Shown: positions 12,201-24,680, counted from the stretch's first letter. The stretch is DNA of 58,576 nt from Nemertoderma westbladi (GCA_032718475.1 JAUCBJ010008113.1:1-58576); one strand, 5' to 3'. The notes: generated by a model from the sequence alone, not told the origin. A program made the numbers and translations.

Positions 12201-12441
12201 AGCCAGCCGAAGTGCGCATGCCATCATAAACCGGATCGCACTTATAATATCCGAAAAGAGAAACTCTCCCTATTCAAAGACTGTGTCCCTTATAAGAACC
12301 CGGTTGAACTTCGCGCTTCTCCGGTCTTCAATTATGTGTCTACGGGGGGTTAGGACTCCAAAACAGAAACGCCCAATCCAACCCTTCCGTGACATAGGGA
12401 TGGAGTGCGCGGCGACTGAGGGGTTAAACGGGGACATCTAA
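9248..12441 (+). pseudogene. CRE-like RT-RLE ORF, N-terminally truncated, one -1 frameshift in a C-run at ~9572-9576
   Basis: ORF-track ORFs 9293..9622 and 9586..12441 join through a single 29-nt repeat unit. Confidence 0.85.
9422..10890. repeat. Minisatellite of mostly 30/33/36-bp units (gacgggtctgtggtgggtctgtctcctcct(cca)(g)cc) inside the CRE RT
   Basis: Roughly 45 units encoding DGSVVGLSP(P)(P)(A). Confidence 0.95.
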
Positions 12442-12868
12442 GGGTTCTGGTAACTGGACGTGAATATGGATAACAATAGTGTAACTGGAGAAAGAAGGTG
12501 GACAAAGAAATGATAACTTCTTATTGATGCTACTTATTGGACCTTCTTTTAATATTAATTATTTTAATAATTTTGTAACTTTAATACAGTACGTTGATTT
12601 TATCAGTTGTGCTACTACTACGGCAAAATATTACGTTCTTTTGAATAAAAAGTGGAGTATCAGAAAAAAAAAAAAAAATTACATTACAAATTAGGCAGTT
12701 TATTACACAGGTACTACTGCTACATTAGTACTGTAGTACAGTGCAGCAGTTACCGGTATAAGGACCCCTGTGCCCTGTTCACCCTTCCTTGTACCTTGCC
12801 GTTGTCCCGTTTACTCTCCATTCGCCGTATAAATAAGCAAGTATACAATACTGCAGTGCTTGTACCGG

Positions 12869-12993
12869 TGACTGCTGCACTGTACTGCTGTACTACAGTA
12901 CTAATATCAGAATATAGCAGTCCCTGCAGTCTGACTGCTGCACTGTACTGCTGTACTACAGTACTAATATCAGAATATAGCAGTCCCTGCAGT
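12869..12993. repeat. 63-bp tandem duplication
   Basis: tgactgctgcactgtac...gtccctgcagt at 12869 and 12932. Confidence 0.9.
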
Positions 12994-13504
12994 AACAAAC
13001 TGCCCCAATTTATACAAAGATTGTATTAGGTATCTGAATGTTGATATAAATGGAATTCAGAGGCGTATAGTGACATCACGACCAATCACAAACCGTTTTC
13101 ATATTTTGAATAATTTTTAAACTGAAAACACAAATATCTCGGCTATTTTAGCATCTTATTGAATTCTGTAAACGCCATTGTGTTTCTGTGATGTTAATGC
13201 ATCTAATTCATCTGGTTTTGAATTTGAGTCGTGTACCCCATTATAACGAACTTAACGTAATTTTGCTTAAAAGGCTTTGCTTGGCTTGTATTATTGCCCT
13301 ATACTACAAAGGATTGCAACGTTCAAAAAATCGCGTTACGGCTACTTGAAAAGTAGCCGGACAAATTACCTGATAGTACAATGTGCATTATATATTTACT
13401 AAGACAAGGGGGGGGGGGGTGTAGTATACTGTTCTACTACTGTACTATACTGTACTGTACTGTAGTATATTATTAGCGTTAACCGCACAAAGTCGATTAT
13501 GATT

Positions 13505-14230
13505 CTAGAATACTCCAGTAAATGTAACCACCACCCAAACCACCTGAATTACCGGAGTAGCAACAACTGAATTGCTTGCTGTCGTCTCAAAGGTTGTAGT
13601 TTCTTCCACCGCCCTGATAGTTGTTGTAGCTAGGTTAACCTCCCAGCCTGGAGTACGACACTCACCAGGACAACAGAAAGACTGGCACGATATGTACTTC
13701 TTTGTGAACCCGTGTAGGATATGGTCTCTAATAATAAACAAAACTCTCGTGTAATCATCCTGCTCTGTTTCCACGTCCTCGAAACTCTGATGGTTAATTT
13801 TAAACCCGTTTTCATACTGTTGCATAAAGGCTGGACATCTGCCTTCATCCAGAGCTAGACAGTATCTCTGGAAGGCGATTGTGCTCTCATTCTTTATGCA
13901 GACTTCCAGGAGTGCCTCTAACATGACCTCATCCCCAGTGTCATCATCGACAGCGATGGTTCGATAGAAGAAATAGGCACATTCTTCGCAATCGTGCTCA
14001 ATGTGTCTGATGTCGTGGCGTTTTCTGGTGACTGAATTGGATTCTAACCATTCCTCATTTTTATTGTATAGTGTAGTATATTTGTCATTTACCTCCTTTT
14101 CTAGCTTCTCAGTTGTTGCGTTAATGATTAGTGATCCTTCATTATAGCAGGTGAAACTACTGTAGCAGACAGCGGTTATGTTTAGTAGGATGTAAAGAGC
14201 CAATAGTGATGTTGTATTATTTCGAGCCAT
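13505..14230 (-). CDS. Intronless secreted, probably GPI-anchored Cys-rich protein (Ly6/uPAR/Quiver-like architecture), 241 aa
   Basis: Signal peptide (LLALYILLNITAVCYS), xCY start (FTCYNEG), spaced Cys ending CQSFCCPGEC, Thr-rich stalk, then small-residue omega-like site (ASNS) and hydrophobic C-terminus with no cytoplasmic tail. Confidence 0.75.
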   Translation of the reverse strand: MARNNTTSLLALYILLNITAVCYSSFTCYNEGSLIINATTEKLEKEVNDKYTTLYNKNEEWLESNSVTRKRHDIRHIEHDCEECAYFFYRTIAVDDDTGDEVMLEALLEVCIKNESTIAFQRYCLALDEGRCPAFMQQYENGFKINHQSFEDVETEQDDYTRVLFIIRDHILHGFTKKYISCQSFCCPGECRTPGWEVNLATTTIRAVEETTTFETTASNSVVATPVIQVVWVVVTFTGVF

Positions 14231-14335
14231 AGTTGTATCATCCCGTTATCAAATGCAGATGCCTCTATTATTCAGTTACTCTTCTAGTCCTCCTCTAGTT
14301 ATTCAGTCGTCTAATAATTTGACATCAAGTAGCAG

Positions 14336-14341
14336 TTTATA
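14336..14341 (-). promoter_or_regulatory. Candidate TATA box for the Ly6-like gene
   Basis: TATAAA on minus strand ~105 nt upstream of the ATG. Confidence 0.4.
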
Positions 14342-14790
14342 TCGTGGTATTCTGTACTGTTCTCATTCAAGGCGTACTTGAAGAAGAGAAGAGGTCCTTC
14401 TATAGGCTACACCACATATGCCTATGTTAGATATAATATCAATATTCGAGACTTTGGGTTGCGGGGGAGGGGGGGGGGACTTTTCGTAAATACCATATTG
14501 GCGATTTAATATCTCGTAATGTTAAATTATAAATTAAGGATCAAATGAACAGGATACAATGGTGCGTTACTCTAACCAAAGCAATAAACTAAAGTCAATA
14601 GAATAGGTATTATTTTTGGGAGAAATCATCTGTTATTTGCGTCGAATTTCCCCTGGAGAGGGTTGGATTTCTATTGCGTCAAAAGTCCCCCCTTATCTGA
14701 TTAAAGGACACATTATAATTATAAAACTATATCTTAGGGTATCTTATGGTGGCCCTGAGCGGCCAGTTTTGTCGGTTTGTAATCTTTTGT

Positions 14791-14830
14791 TTTGTTTCCC
14801 CAACTTTTGCAACAAAGTCGGGGAAACAAA
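14791..14830. repeat. 17-bp inverted repeat hairpin, probable MITE remnant
   Basis: tttgtttccccaacttt / aaagtcggggaaacaaa (1 mismatch); related sequence at ~14900-14925. Confidence 0.6.
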
Positions 14831-14959
14831 CTTGATTGGGTGTTTGTTGGTATAGAAACCACTCCAGCCAATTAGATTAGTTTTGCTAACTCGTTCGATC
14901 GACTTTACCAAACTTGGGGAAACTTGGCACAAACTTTTGTTTTCCTGAGTTTTGTAAAG

Positions 14960-15570
14960 TAGTTTGAACTAGATTGCTTTAACTGCATTCTTGGCTGCTG
15001 TAGTCTGTTTGAGTCGGGACTCGTTCTGCGCCTTATAAAGGTAATTTCGGCACTTCTGAATTTTGTGGTCAGTCCAGGGGCCCCTTTTCCTGTTTCGAGG
15101 GTATACAGGAACTGTTTCTGCAGCTGCTAACCTAACTGTTTCTGTAAAGGCATTATAGTCCTTGTAGTGATCTGCCGCCTCAGAGGCAATAACCTCTTAC
15201 CTGTTGCTCAGCTGTAGTGTGAAGCTGGATCTCACACTAGGCTGTTGCAACAGAGAGGACCAGTCATGCCGCGGCAAGGCAGATTTCGTTGTTCTGCTTG
15301 CACGCAGACTAAGTTTCCACAATAAAGCGGTGATCACTGGAGAAGGGTCGAAGTGTAAATGCATTACAGTCTTGTATAGAGCTCCTGTATTTCCTACGAA
15401 ACATAATTTGGTCTATCTGGAACTTGTGACCACTGGGTCCACTATGAGTCCATAACTTTCCAGTTCGCTTCCTGAACAGCGTCCCAGCCGAAAACAATCC
15501 ATTTCCAGAGATAAAATCCTGAAGATGGACGGAATTTCGGTTAATACTATCTCTATAGACCCAGGGCGAT
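14960..15570 (-). pseudogene. LINE fragment (APE endonuclease C-terminus and linker; RTE-like)
   Basis: TLFRKRTGKLWTHSGPSGHKFQIDQIMFRRKYRSSIQDC...SSDHRF, ending in the APE SDH motif; followed by stops. Confidence 0.8.
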
Positions 15571-15654
15571 GTAGGTAGGTGATTGATGCATTGACGCATT
15601 AAAGTCTCCCAGGAAATTTAAGAATGCATGCTGATCCACTCCATCAGTAGCTCA

Positions 15655-16030
15655 TATATCATAGACAAACGACAGCAGACAACCGACTGATAACAAATGA
15701 TAACAGATAACCAACAGCAGACAGTAAACAACCCACAGCAGACAACCGGCAGCAAACAAATGACAACAGATAAGCGACAGCAGACAGTAAACAACCGACA
15801 GCAAACAAACGACGACCGATAACCGACAGCAGACAGTAATCAACTCACAGCAGACAACCGACAACAGACAACCGACAGATGATCATAGACAAACGACGAC
15901 AGCAGACAACCGACTGAAAACAAACGACAATAGTTAAACGACAGCAGATAGTAAACAACCGACAGCAGACAACCGACAGCAGACATACGACAACAGATAA
16001 CCGACAGCACAGAGTAAACAACCGACTTCA
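15655..16030. repeat. Degenerate satellite (gacagcagacaacc-type), AC-rich orientation
   Basis: Many imperfect copies of accgacagcagaca. Confidence 0.85.
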
Positions 16031-16139
16031 CGCCCATGTAAAGAATATATATATATATATATTATTGGAAAATTAAATATGAAGAATTTGTCATTTTTAA
16101 ATTTATTCTTAAAGTGTTTTATAGCGCTTATATATATGC

Positions 16140-16408
16140 TGTCACATGTGTGCTATCGGTTGTCTGCTGTCGGTTGTGTTTGTGTGCTGTCGTTGTACGC
16201 TGTCGGTTGTCTGTTGTCGGTTGTCTGCTTTCGGTTGTCAGCTGTCGGTTGTATGTTGTCGGAAGTGCGCTGTCGGTTGTCTGTTGCCTGCTCTCGGTTG
16301 TTAGCTGTCGGTTGTGTGTTTTCGGTAGTGTGCTATCAGTTGTCTGTTGCCTGCTCTCGGTTGTCTGCAGCTGTTTGTTGACGGTTGTTGATGTTGGTTG
16401 TCTGCTGT
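16140..16408. repeat. Same satellite in inverted orientation (tgtcggttgtctgc); continues after element 2
   Basis: Reverse complement of the 15655-16030 unit; interrupted at the TSD GCTGT. Confidence 0.85.
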
Positions 16409-16844
16409 TGTATGCGGATTCAATTCCGCCGCACTACCCTCACAAAGTTGGGAAGTGGCACCTTTTTCAGCAATACGTTGGAGATACGAGATTGGCAATA
16501 ACCAATCTCGTATCACAACCAACACCGGGGACAACACAAGCCCCAGGGAGGTTAGAGGTCAATCCACTTCGAAAGGGGAAAACAACCAGCAGGGGCCAAC
16601 AGGGGGGGAAACACTCCCAGAGGGAGTGAGAGGCGTGAACAAGGTTATTGGTCAATAGGGGCGAAGGAGGGCATCCGCTGGGTGAAAGGCCACAGTAGTG
16701 TAGCGGTAGAGTGTTATATATTATATATTATCTATTTGCTACCGGCCCGTAGCTCAGTTTATTCAGTAGTCAGTTTCAGTGCATGCTGGCAATATAGTTC
16801 TACCATGACTGCAGGACTGCCTTGTATATTATCTATTTTGTTAC
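16409..16844 (+). repeat. 5' LTR of element 2, 3' part deleted
   Basis: Matches 28409-28862 with scattered substitutions and indels; identity stops at ttttgttac. Confidence 0.92.
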
Positions 16845-19800
16845 AGAGAGGGCCGAAAGGGTGGCGAAGAACTGTAGAGAGCAAGAAGAGAGAGAGGCAG
16901 AGGAACGTAAGGAGCGAGAGACGAGAATAGAGAAGGAGCGTAGAGAGCGAGAAGCAAGAGTAGAGAGCAAGCGTAGAGAGCGGGTGGCGAGAGAGACAGA
17001 GCTGGCGAACCAGAGTTTGCGAGAGGATAGAGAGAGAGAGAGAGTGGGAAAGCGCATGCGGGACGATATGCATGCCCGGTTAAGGGGGCTTATGCAATAT
17101 CAGGCCAAACAGAAGCGCCGACTAGAACTGGCGCAGTTGGGACTATCTGAAAGTGAGGCTGGCTCGGGTAGTATTTACGAGGAGCCAGAGGTTATAAAAA
17201 CGTTTGTTAATACCCGTGTGACCGTATGTGACGTAATAATCCAAATAATAATTTAAATCCAAATATAGAAACTAATTCAAATATACAAAGTAATTCAGAT
17301 AATTTAAATTTAAATTTAAATACGCAAAATTATCTAAATAATAATTTTAATTCAAACGAGCAAAATAATCCCGATTCTAATCTAAATATACAAAATAATA
17401 AACAAAATAACATACAAAATAATTATATACAGAATAATTCCAATGATTTAAATAATTTAGAAAATAATGTTGATAATGGTGCTATTAATATAAACGCAGC
17501 AGACGTGGGTGGTCCGACCAGTGAGGGCCTGCAAGGCCACGGAGTTAATACGCATGGAGTAGCGGGGGTGAGTCAACCCAACGGGAGTCTGCAAGACCAC
17601 GAAGTGGTAGGGGGAGAGGCGGGGGTGAATAGACCCAGTCGCAGTAGAGATAGTGCGTTGACTAGAGAGGGGCGTAGAAACGAAGTAAGAAATAGTCAAG
17701 TAATAGGTGGCGAGCAGGGGGGGGACTACAGGCGCCCCACGACGAGAGATTAGTGGCGAGAGGGGGGGGGGGACAGAGAGTGTCCCACAGGCGTCGGCGG
17801 ATAATGCGCGGGGCGAGTTAGATGAACCGCAGCACCCGGCGATGGAGAATAGTAGGGGGATTACGAATATCCCCAGCGGCGTCCGGCTGGCTAGAGAGAG
17901 GGAGGTTGGCGTCGTGAGCGGGCGAGCGACGAGACGTCGAGCCCAGTCAGAAGAGGGAAGAAGAACAGTGGAGTTTAACCGGGAGGTCGACGAGAGATCT
18001 CACGAGCGAGGACGCTACACTGAAGAGAGAAGAAGAGAAGATAGTAGAAGAAGCATTGCTACGAGCGACCGGAGAGCGAGGACAGATAGCAAGCCGTCGG
18101 TAGTAGAGATGGAGTTGGAGAGTCAGTGGGGTCAAACTCCAGGAGATTGCCGTCGCCCCGGAGAGACGCAGCCTGGCGAGATATATTATACGCCGAGAGA
18201 GGGGTACAGGATGTACCGGTACGAGGACGAGAACAGGAGAGGGGATCAAAGAGAAACTTCCCGACAGGATGTAGCTGCCGATCGAGTGTACGGTAGTCAC
18301 GGGGAGAACTTCTTGGATTATTCGAGAAGGTTAAACTTCGGTCCGGAGGGTCACATACAGACTGCAGGACATACTGTAGGCCTTACTGCACATACTATAG
18401 GCCCTGCTGGAAGAGATAGTGTAGGCGATAGGGTAGCGCGAACAACGGGATTAGATCCGGAAGTCGCGGCCTACATACCGGTAGGTAGGCCAGAGGTGGA
18501 TAGGCCTATACCGGTACCAGCACAGCAGTATGACTATAATATGCAGGGACATAACATATATCCAGGGGAGGGGAGAGTTATTGCGGATAGGTGTATGGGC
18601 CCCAATATATTAACATCAATCCCAGTACCAAACATACCACCGGTGGGGGGGCGGGGGGGGGGGGGGGGGACAGGGTGACATTCCCCCATTACAATATCAA
18701 CAATACACTCAAACAGAAATAAGAACATCGAACCCCCTGGACGAGAACAGATCTTGCGACACGGAAATATGGAGGGGGCTGTTACCCCCAATGGTATATC
18801 CAACGCAAAGAAAGTCAACAGGCCAGACGGGCATACCGCACCCAATGGGAGAATCTGTACAGCATCCTTCAAACCCATTGGAAGCACAGGCAATGGGAAT
18901 GGCAACACTTATCGACGCACTCAAGACCAGAATCGAGCTACCACCTGTAGAGCCATTTAAATTCGATGGAAGTAGGCCAAAAGAATACCTGCAATTCCAG
19001 CGCATGTACAGCAACGAGATATTAACTAAGAACCTGACACAGGCAGAGTGCCTAAAATATCTACAGGTATATACAGGAGGCCCAGCGTACAATATCGTGA
19101 GGCAGTATCAGGGCATCGAGGGTGCCTTCACGACTGCATGGCGGGCCCTAGACAGGGAATACAGACACCCAACCAAGATCATCCGGCAAACCCTGAGGGG
19201 TATAACATCGGGTGGTCTACAGGATAACCCTGTTAGCATAAAGACATTTGCGAACAAGGTCGAGAAGGCGCTAATCGTGCTGAAGACACTAGACGCACCA
19301 TACGAACTCAATGCATCTAATAATATCACCACGATAGCGCAGGCACTGCCGATCTGGCTGCGCAATAAATGGATAAAGATCGCCTTCTCCACCCGGGAGA
19401 AGAAGGGTGCGGAACCGGGCCTAGAGGAAATGTCGAACTTCCTCAACTACGAAGCAGAGTTGATCACGGACCCAGTCTATAGCGAGGATAGTCTGGGGAG
19501 GTGGCCAAAGACCGAGTATAACAGGCCGAAACCAGAACACAACACGGCAAATGCATTACCAAAGCTTAGACAATCGCTGCCATACGCGGCGACGCAGGGG
19601 ACTGCTAGTCCGCATGTAGCCGGGGGTAGGGCCACACCATGAGGTGGACAGGGGCAAAATAACAACACAAACAAATATAACCCCAACACGCCCAGTAGGC
19701 CAAACCCAAACAACAAGAACAGTAGGGAACTAGGTACGAATGTGAGTGCGATATGCAGCGCACTGTATAGGGATGGCGATAATCCAAACAACAAATGCCA

Positions 19801-22800
19801 ATTGCATTCGAACGCACTTCATCAGACCATGAACTGCAGGTATTGGCAAGCATTGCCCAAACAAGATCAGGTAGAATATGCAAGGAAGAGTGGAATCTGT
19901 CATCGATGTGTGGTGGGCGGACACAAAGCTAATCAATGCAAAGAAACACCAATTAAGTTCGGTCAAGGCAAAGGGCAGACAATGGCGACAAGCACCGTAG
20001 GGGCGAAGAAAAGAGGAACGGTACTACTCAGGGTAGTACCAGTGAGGGTGATAGGAGAAGGCGTCGATCAGTAACCACATTGATGCTGGTCGACAGTGGA
20101 GCTGCCTTCACATTGGTGGAGAATGGGGTGGCCGCAGAGGTGGGACTAAAGACGAGGCCAAGTAGGATGGCGGTAACAACCATCTCTAGCAAAGATGAGG
20201 TCCTGGAGATGAGGACGGGACGGTGCGAGATAGCAGCGATGGCACCGGGATGCGATTATGGGGCGACAATCAACCCCGTCCAGGTAATAGAATCGATCAA
20301 CATCAACGCCAGGCGACCAACCAACATCGAGGTCGAACAATACAGATTCCTGGACAACATCGATTTCTCGATACCGGAGGTGGACGTCAGGAAAGTATCC
20401 ATCATAGTGGGAATGGACTGCCCAACGGCCCACGAGAGAATGTAAACGGTCTTAGGCGAAGACAGACAGCGTGACCCGATGGCAATTCTAACACCATTCG
20501 GGTGGACGTTAAGCGGCCCAACTAAAACCAAGATTCAATTTAGGATGTCGGAGACATCAGGGTGTATGTTCGAAAGGAACTATGAGGGAGATGGAAGATG
20601 AAGGAGCGGAGGAGCAGCTTAGGAGACGGCTGAGACAGGACTTTGAGGGACTAAAGGAGACCGGGGTCGGAACCTCGGTAGAAGATAAACAAGCGGTACA
20701 AAGTGTGAAGGAGTCGATGAGATGTGACGAGGGGTGGTACACCATCATAGGCATGGTGTGGAAACAACCAAAATTACCGCTACCAGAGAACAAGGGGATG
20801 GTACTCACGAGGCTTCGTAAACTAAAGCGAACGCTGAAACGGAGCTCCGAGAAGGATGAGTACATCCATAAGACGATAAGGAAGTACATTGAGAAAGGAT
20901 GGGCCGTGGAGTTGCCGGTCAATGAACCAAACACGGACAGGACCTACTACCTGCCACTTCATGTGGCTTTAGATCCAAAGAAAGGTAAATTGCGGATGGT
21001 AGTTGACGCATCGGCTAAAACCAACGGCAAGTGCCTAAACAACTATCTGCTGGAGGGCCCCAATATCTACAACACGGGAATTGAGGTCCTACTGAGATTT
21101 AGAAATGGGAGACACGCCTTCACCTGCAACATCGAAGGCATGTTCAACCAAGTCCGTGTGATGGAGGAGGACAGTGACAGCCAGCGCTTCCTATGGTACA
21201 ATGGCGACAAGGAACCGTCGACAATACCGATGTACAATATGGTGGTGCAGAACATGGGGGCCAAGTCATCCTCATTTACGACGACTGTGGCTGTAAGAGA
21301 TATAGTAGAGGGAAAAGAGGGGAAGTATAGCGCCAAAGCGATCGATATGATTCGACGCGGCTTCTATGTAGACGACGGGATGGAGTCTGGAAACACGGTT
21401 AAAGAACTACTGGACACAGGGTGCGAGTTTCGCGACATCCTGAAAGGATCTGGATTTAACCTGACCAAGTTTCAATACAGTTCAGAGGAGTTTATGAAAG
21501 CCATAGAGGACAGGCGGCCAGAGTTGACCATGGACAATCCCACAACATCCAAGGGACAGGACATGGCGAGCAAGAGGGTGGAGTCTCAGCAGAAGGCACT
21601 GGGGATCGTATGGAACTGGGAGACAGACGAGTTCAAGTACCAACTGAGCCAGGAGGGCGCGGAGGTCCACACAAAGAGGGGCTATGTAAAGTACATAGCA
21701 AGGATATACGATCCCTTAGACCTAGCATCCCCATTGTTAGTCACGGGGAAGCAGATACTTAAGAAAGTATATAAGTTAAAGGACGAGTGGGATACAGAGG
21801 TCCCGGATGAAATTAGCAAGCAATGGAGTAAGTGGACGGGGAGTTTAGAACAGATGGGGATGTACAGCATGCCATGCGTGTATTTCCTGGACGGGGACAT
21901 GACGGATCTGGACCTACACATGTTCTCCGATGCATCATTGGAAGCATACGGAGCGGCACTCTACTTAGTACAGCGAAAGGGGGCTCAGAAGCCCAGACTT
22001 GCATTCAGTAAAGCAAAGTCGACGCCGCCAGATTCAGCATCAGTCCCGAAACTCGAATTGACAGCTGCAAGATTAGGAGTAAGGGCCACAGCCTACTTCA
22101 TGGACACCATTCCCAACATAGTAGAAACACACTACTGGAAGGACTCCATGGTAGTGCTTGGGTGGCTGCACAATGAGAAGACGAGATACCCTATATTCGT
22201 CGCGAATAGGGTGGACGAAATAAGGGTGACGACACACTTGGAAAGGTGGCACTACTGCCCAACGGACGAGAACCCAGCCGACTTGTTATCAAGGGGCGTG
22301 GCACGCCACACTTTCTTAAAGAAGGAAGTGCTGTGGTAGAATGGGCCACACTTCCTGAACGATAGATCGGCCTGGCCACCAATGAAGAAGGTGGACCCGG
22401 TTTCAGAGGAAGTAGCATCAGGGGAAGAGGGAGTAGATTCAGAAGGCAAAGAGATATATAGTCAGATGGTGAGGGAAGTCAGGGAGGTGCAACCGAAATT
22501 AGAAGAACCATGTGACAATACGACGGATAGGCTACTCAGCTACAGCTCCAGCGGTATAAGACCAAGAAGTTGGTGGCGTACTGGAGGGCCTACAGGGATT
22601 TCCTCAAGGGAGTTGGCAAGGACACCAAGAGGAAACCAAACATCGATCTGGAAGAAGCGGCTAAGGCCATGAACAGAGAAAGAACTATAGCGACAAAGTG
22701 GATCGGGTCAGCAAACAACAACACCTTCGTCGGGACAGCGAGCTCATCATGCTGTCACCACAACTCAACGATGATTGGATTCTGGTGATGAATTCCAGAG

Positions 22801-23999
22801 TGCTGAATAACAACAGCCTTATGATCCCACCAAAACCCATTATAATCCCAAACAGATCGCCAATAATCCACCAGATCATTTGGGACTCCCACAAGTCGAT
22901 ATTGCACGGAGGCACCAACCAGACCCTCACGGAGATACGGAGGACCTTCTGGATTGTGCAGTTAAGAAAGAAGGTGAAGGCGGTAGTGGGGCAGTGCCAG
23001 ACCTGCCGACGGACGAGAAAGGAGCGGGCCGTACAGGAGATGGCGCCATTACCAGCTAGTAGGGTGAGACAGCACGACCTGCCATTCATGCACTGCGGCG
23101 TAGATATGTTCGGGCCGATTAAGATCAAGGTGATGCAACACACGGAGAAACGCTACGGCATCATCTTCGTATGTAACAACACAAGGGCGGTAGGAATAGA
23201 ACTCGCCCAAGACGCTACTGCATCGGCATTCATCAATGCCTTAGAGAGACGCAGAGACCGCAAAGGTGGAACGATCGTAGCGATCTATTCCGACAATGGA
23301 ACCAACTTTGTGGGGGCGGAGATCGAGTTGGCGGAGGCCTTGGACAACCTGGAAGGAGAAGAAGTCAGGGCAGCCATGAGGAGACGACAGGTGAAGTGGG
23401 AAAGAAGGACGCCATATGCGCCACATACTTTAGGATGCGTTGAGAGACTTGTGGGTAGTTCCAAGCGTCTGATGACGAAGTTGATGAACACTCACATGGT
23501 AACAGAGTACATACTAAGGACGGTACTAGCTAAGTGCGAGGGTATCATCAATAGCAGACCGTTATATCCAGAAAATGACGACCCAGAATCACTAGATGTG
23601 CTAACACCCAGCCACTTTCTCATGGAAAGGCCGGCGACCATCGACATGCGGGGTGTAGACCCAGATGACATACACTCCCGACAGAGTTGGAAAGTCGCCA
23701 AGGCGATAAGCACAGAGTACTGGATGAGGTGGGTCGAGGAATACCTACCCACACTACACAGGAGGAGTAAGTGGAGAAATACCACTAGAGAGTTAAAGAA
23801 AGGTGATTTAGTGATCGTCACGGACGACACAATCATCAACAATCAGTGGAGGCTAGCAAGAGTAGTAGACACTTACCCCGACGAGGACGGAAGAGTCCGA
23901 TCGGTGGAAGTGCAGATAGGGGGTAAGATAGGAGCGAAAGATAGGAAGACCTACAGGAGGGCTGTAGGAAAGTGTTGCCTGCTAAAAGGGGCCCCATAG
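16845..23999 (+). pseudogene. BEL/Pao gag-pol of element 2, multiple stops and frameshifts, N-terminus deleted
   Basis: Collinear fragments: E/R coiled coil, N-rich tract, gag (FKFDGSRPKEY...), knuckle CHRCVVGGHKANQC, protease LVDSGA, RT FYVDD, RNase H LHMFSDAS, integrase HSxxHGG...CQTC, GVDMFGP, SDNGTNF, GCVERLV; stop at 23997-23999. Confidence 0.93.
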
Positions 24000-24194
24000 A
24001 GTTTAGTCATCCAAGTGTTGGACTGAGGGGGGTGGGATTGAGGGCGAGACGCCCTTCCCACAAAAATATAAAAAATAAAAATAAAATAATAAAATAATAG
24101 AAAGAAAGTTAGAAAGTTAGAAAGAGAAAGGAAAGTAATAGTAGATAGTACGTAGTAGTAAGTAAGTAGGCAGATATAAAATAGTAAGAGTTAG

Positions 24195-24680
24195 TAAGAG
24201 TAGAGAGTAAGAGGGTACGTAGTACCGTTAGTGGAGTTAGTTAGAGAGTAAGAGGGTATGTAGTACCGTTAGTGGAGTTAGTTAGAGAGTAAGAGGGTAC
24301 ATAGTACCGTTAGTGGAGTTAGTTAGAGAGTAAGAGGGTACGTAGTGCAGTTAGTGGAGTTAGTTAGAGAGTAAGAGGGTATGTAGTACCGTTAGTGGAG
24401 TTGGTTAGAGAGTAAAAGGGTACATAGTACCGTTAGTGGAGTTAGTTAGAGAGTAAGAGGGTACGTAGTGCAGTTAGTGGAGTTAGATAGAGAGTAAGAG
24501 GGAACGTAGTACCGTTAGTTGAGTTAGTTAGAGAGTAAGAGGGTGCGTAGTACCATTAGTGGAGTTAGTTAGAGAGTAAGAGGGTACATAGTACCATTAG
24601 TGGAGTTAGTTAGAGAGTGAGAGGGTACGTAGTACCGTTAGTAGAGTTGTAAGAAGGTACGTAGTACCGTTAGTTAGTAA
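24195..24680. repeat. 41-bp minisatellite between pol and ORF2 of element 2
   Basis: gttagtggagttagttagagagtaagagggtacgtagtacc, about 11-12 copies. Confidence 0.95.

Larger units (their letters stand above)
9248..12678 (+). mobile_element. 5'-truncated CRE-like non-LTR retrotransposon (RT plus restriction-like endonuclease)
   Basis: Starts mid-RT (NTYREPTPLFVD...EGSTQGDP), then WFADD, GYGYFPNAKKS, zinc finger CVCGIPFDISHCLHC, RHNEIRD and RLE motifs ARLDV...YVDVK...KRRKY...FVPFVMATTGG. AATAAA at 12644-12649 and an A15 tail at 12664-12678. Confidence 0.88.
1..12997 (-). mobile_element. BEL/Pao LTR retrotransposon, element 1 (5' part; right boundary tentative)
   Basis: gag-pol as above, followed rightwards by a long non-coding leader rich in TACCGGT motifs, which recur at 12751 and 12863 beyond the CRE insertion. 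The candidate LTR start TGTTAC is on the minus strand at 12997. The second LTR and TSD are outside the window. Confidence 0.6.
8122..12997 (-). repeat. Putative 5' LTR of element 1, split by the CRE-like insertion (~9248-12678)
   Basis: Minus strand starts TGT (12997) and ends ...AGAAGACA (8122), with AATAAA on minus at 8251-8256. No partner LTR in the window to confirm. Confidence 0.4.

Noticed and set aside
15652-16658. Cys/Val/Leu-rich ORFs (also 28966-29282)
   Set aside because: Translations of the tgtcggttg satellite and LTR sequence.
16836-16850. Spliced retrocopy junction (ttttgttacag looks like an acceptor)
   Set aside because: An RNA lacking U5 and the primer site could not yield the complete 3' LTR seen; a DNA deletion is simpler.
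24195-24680. CRISPR array (also considered for 9422-10890, 43086-43870, 50110-50560, 51681-51998)
   Set aside because: Head-to-tail or LTR-internal repeats without regular unique spacers, no cas genes, eukaryotic context.
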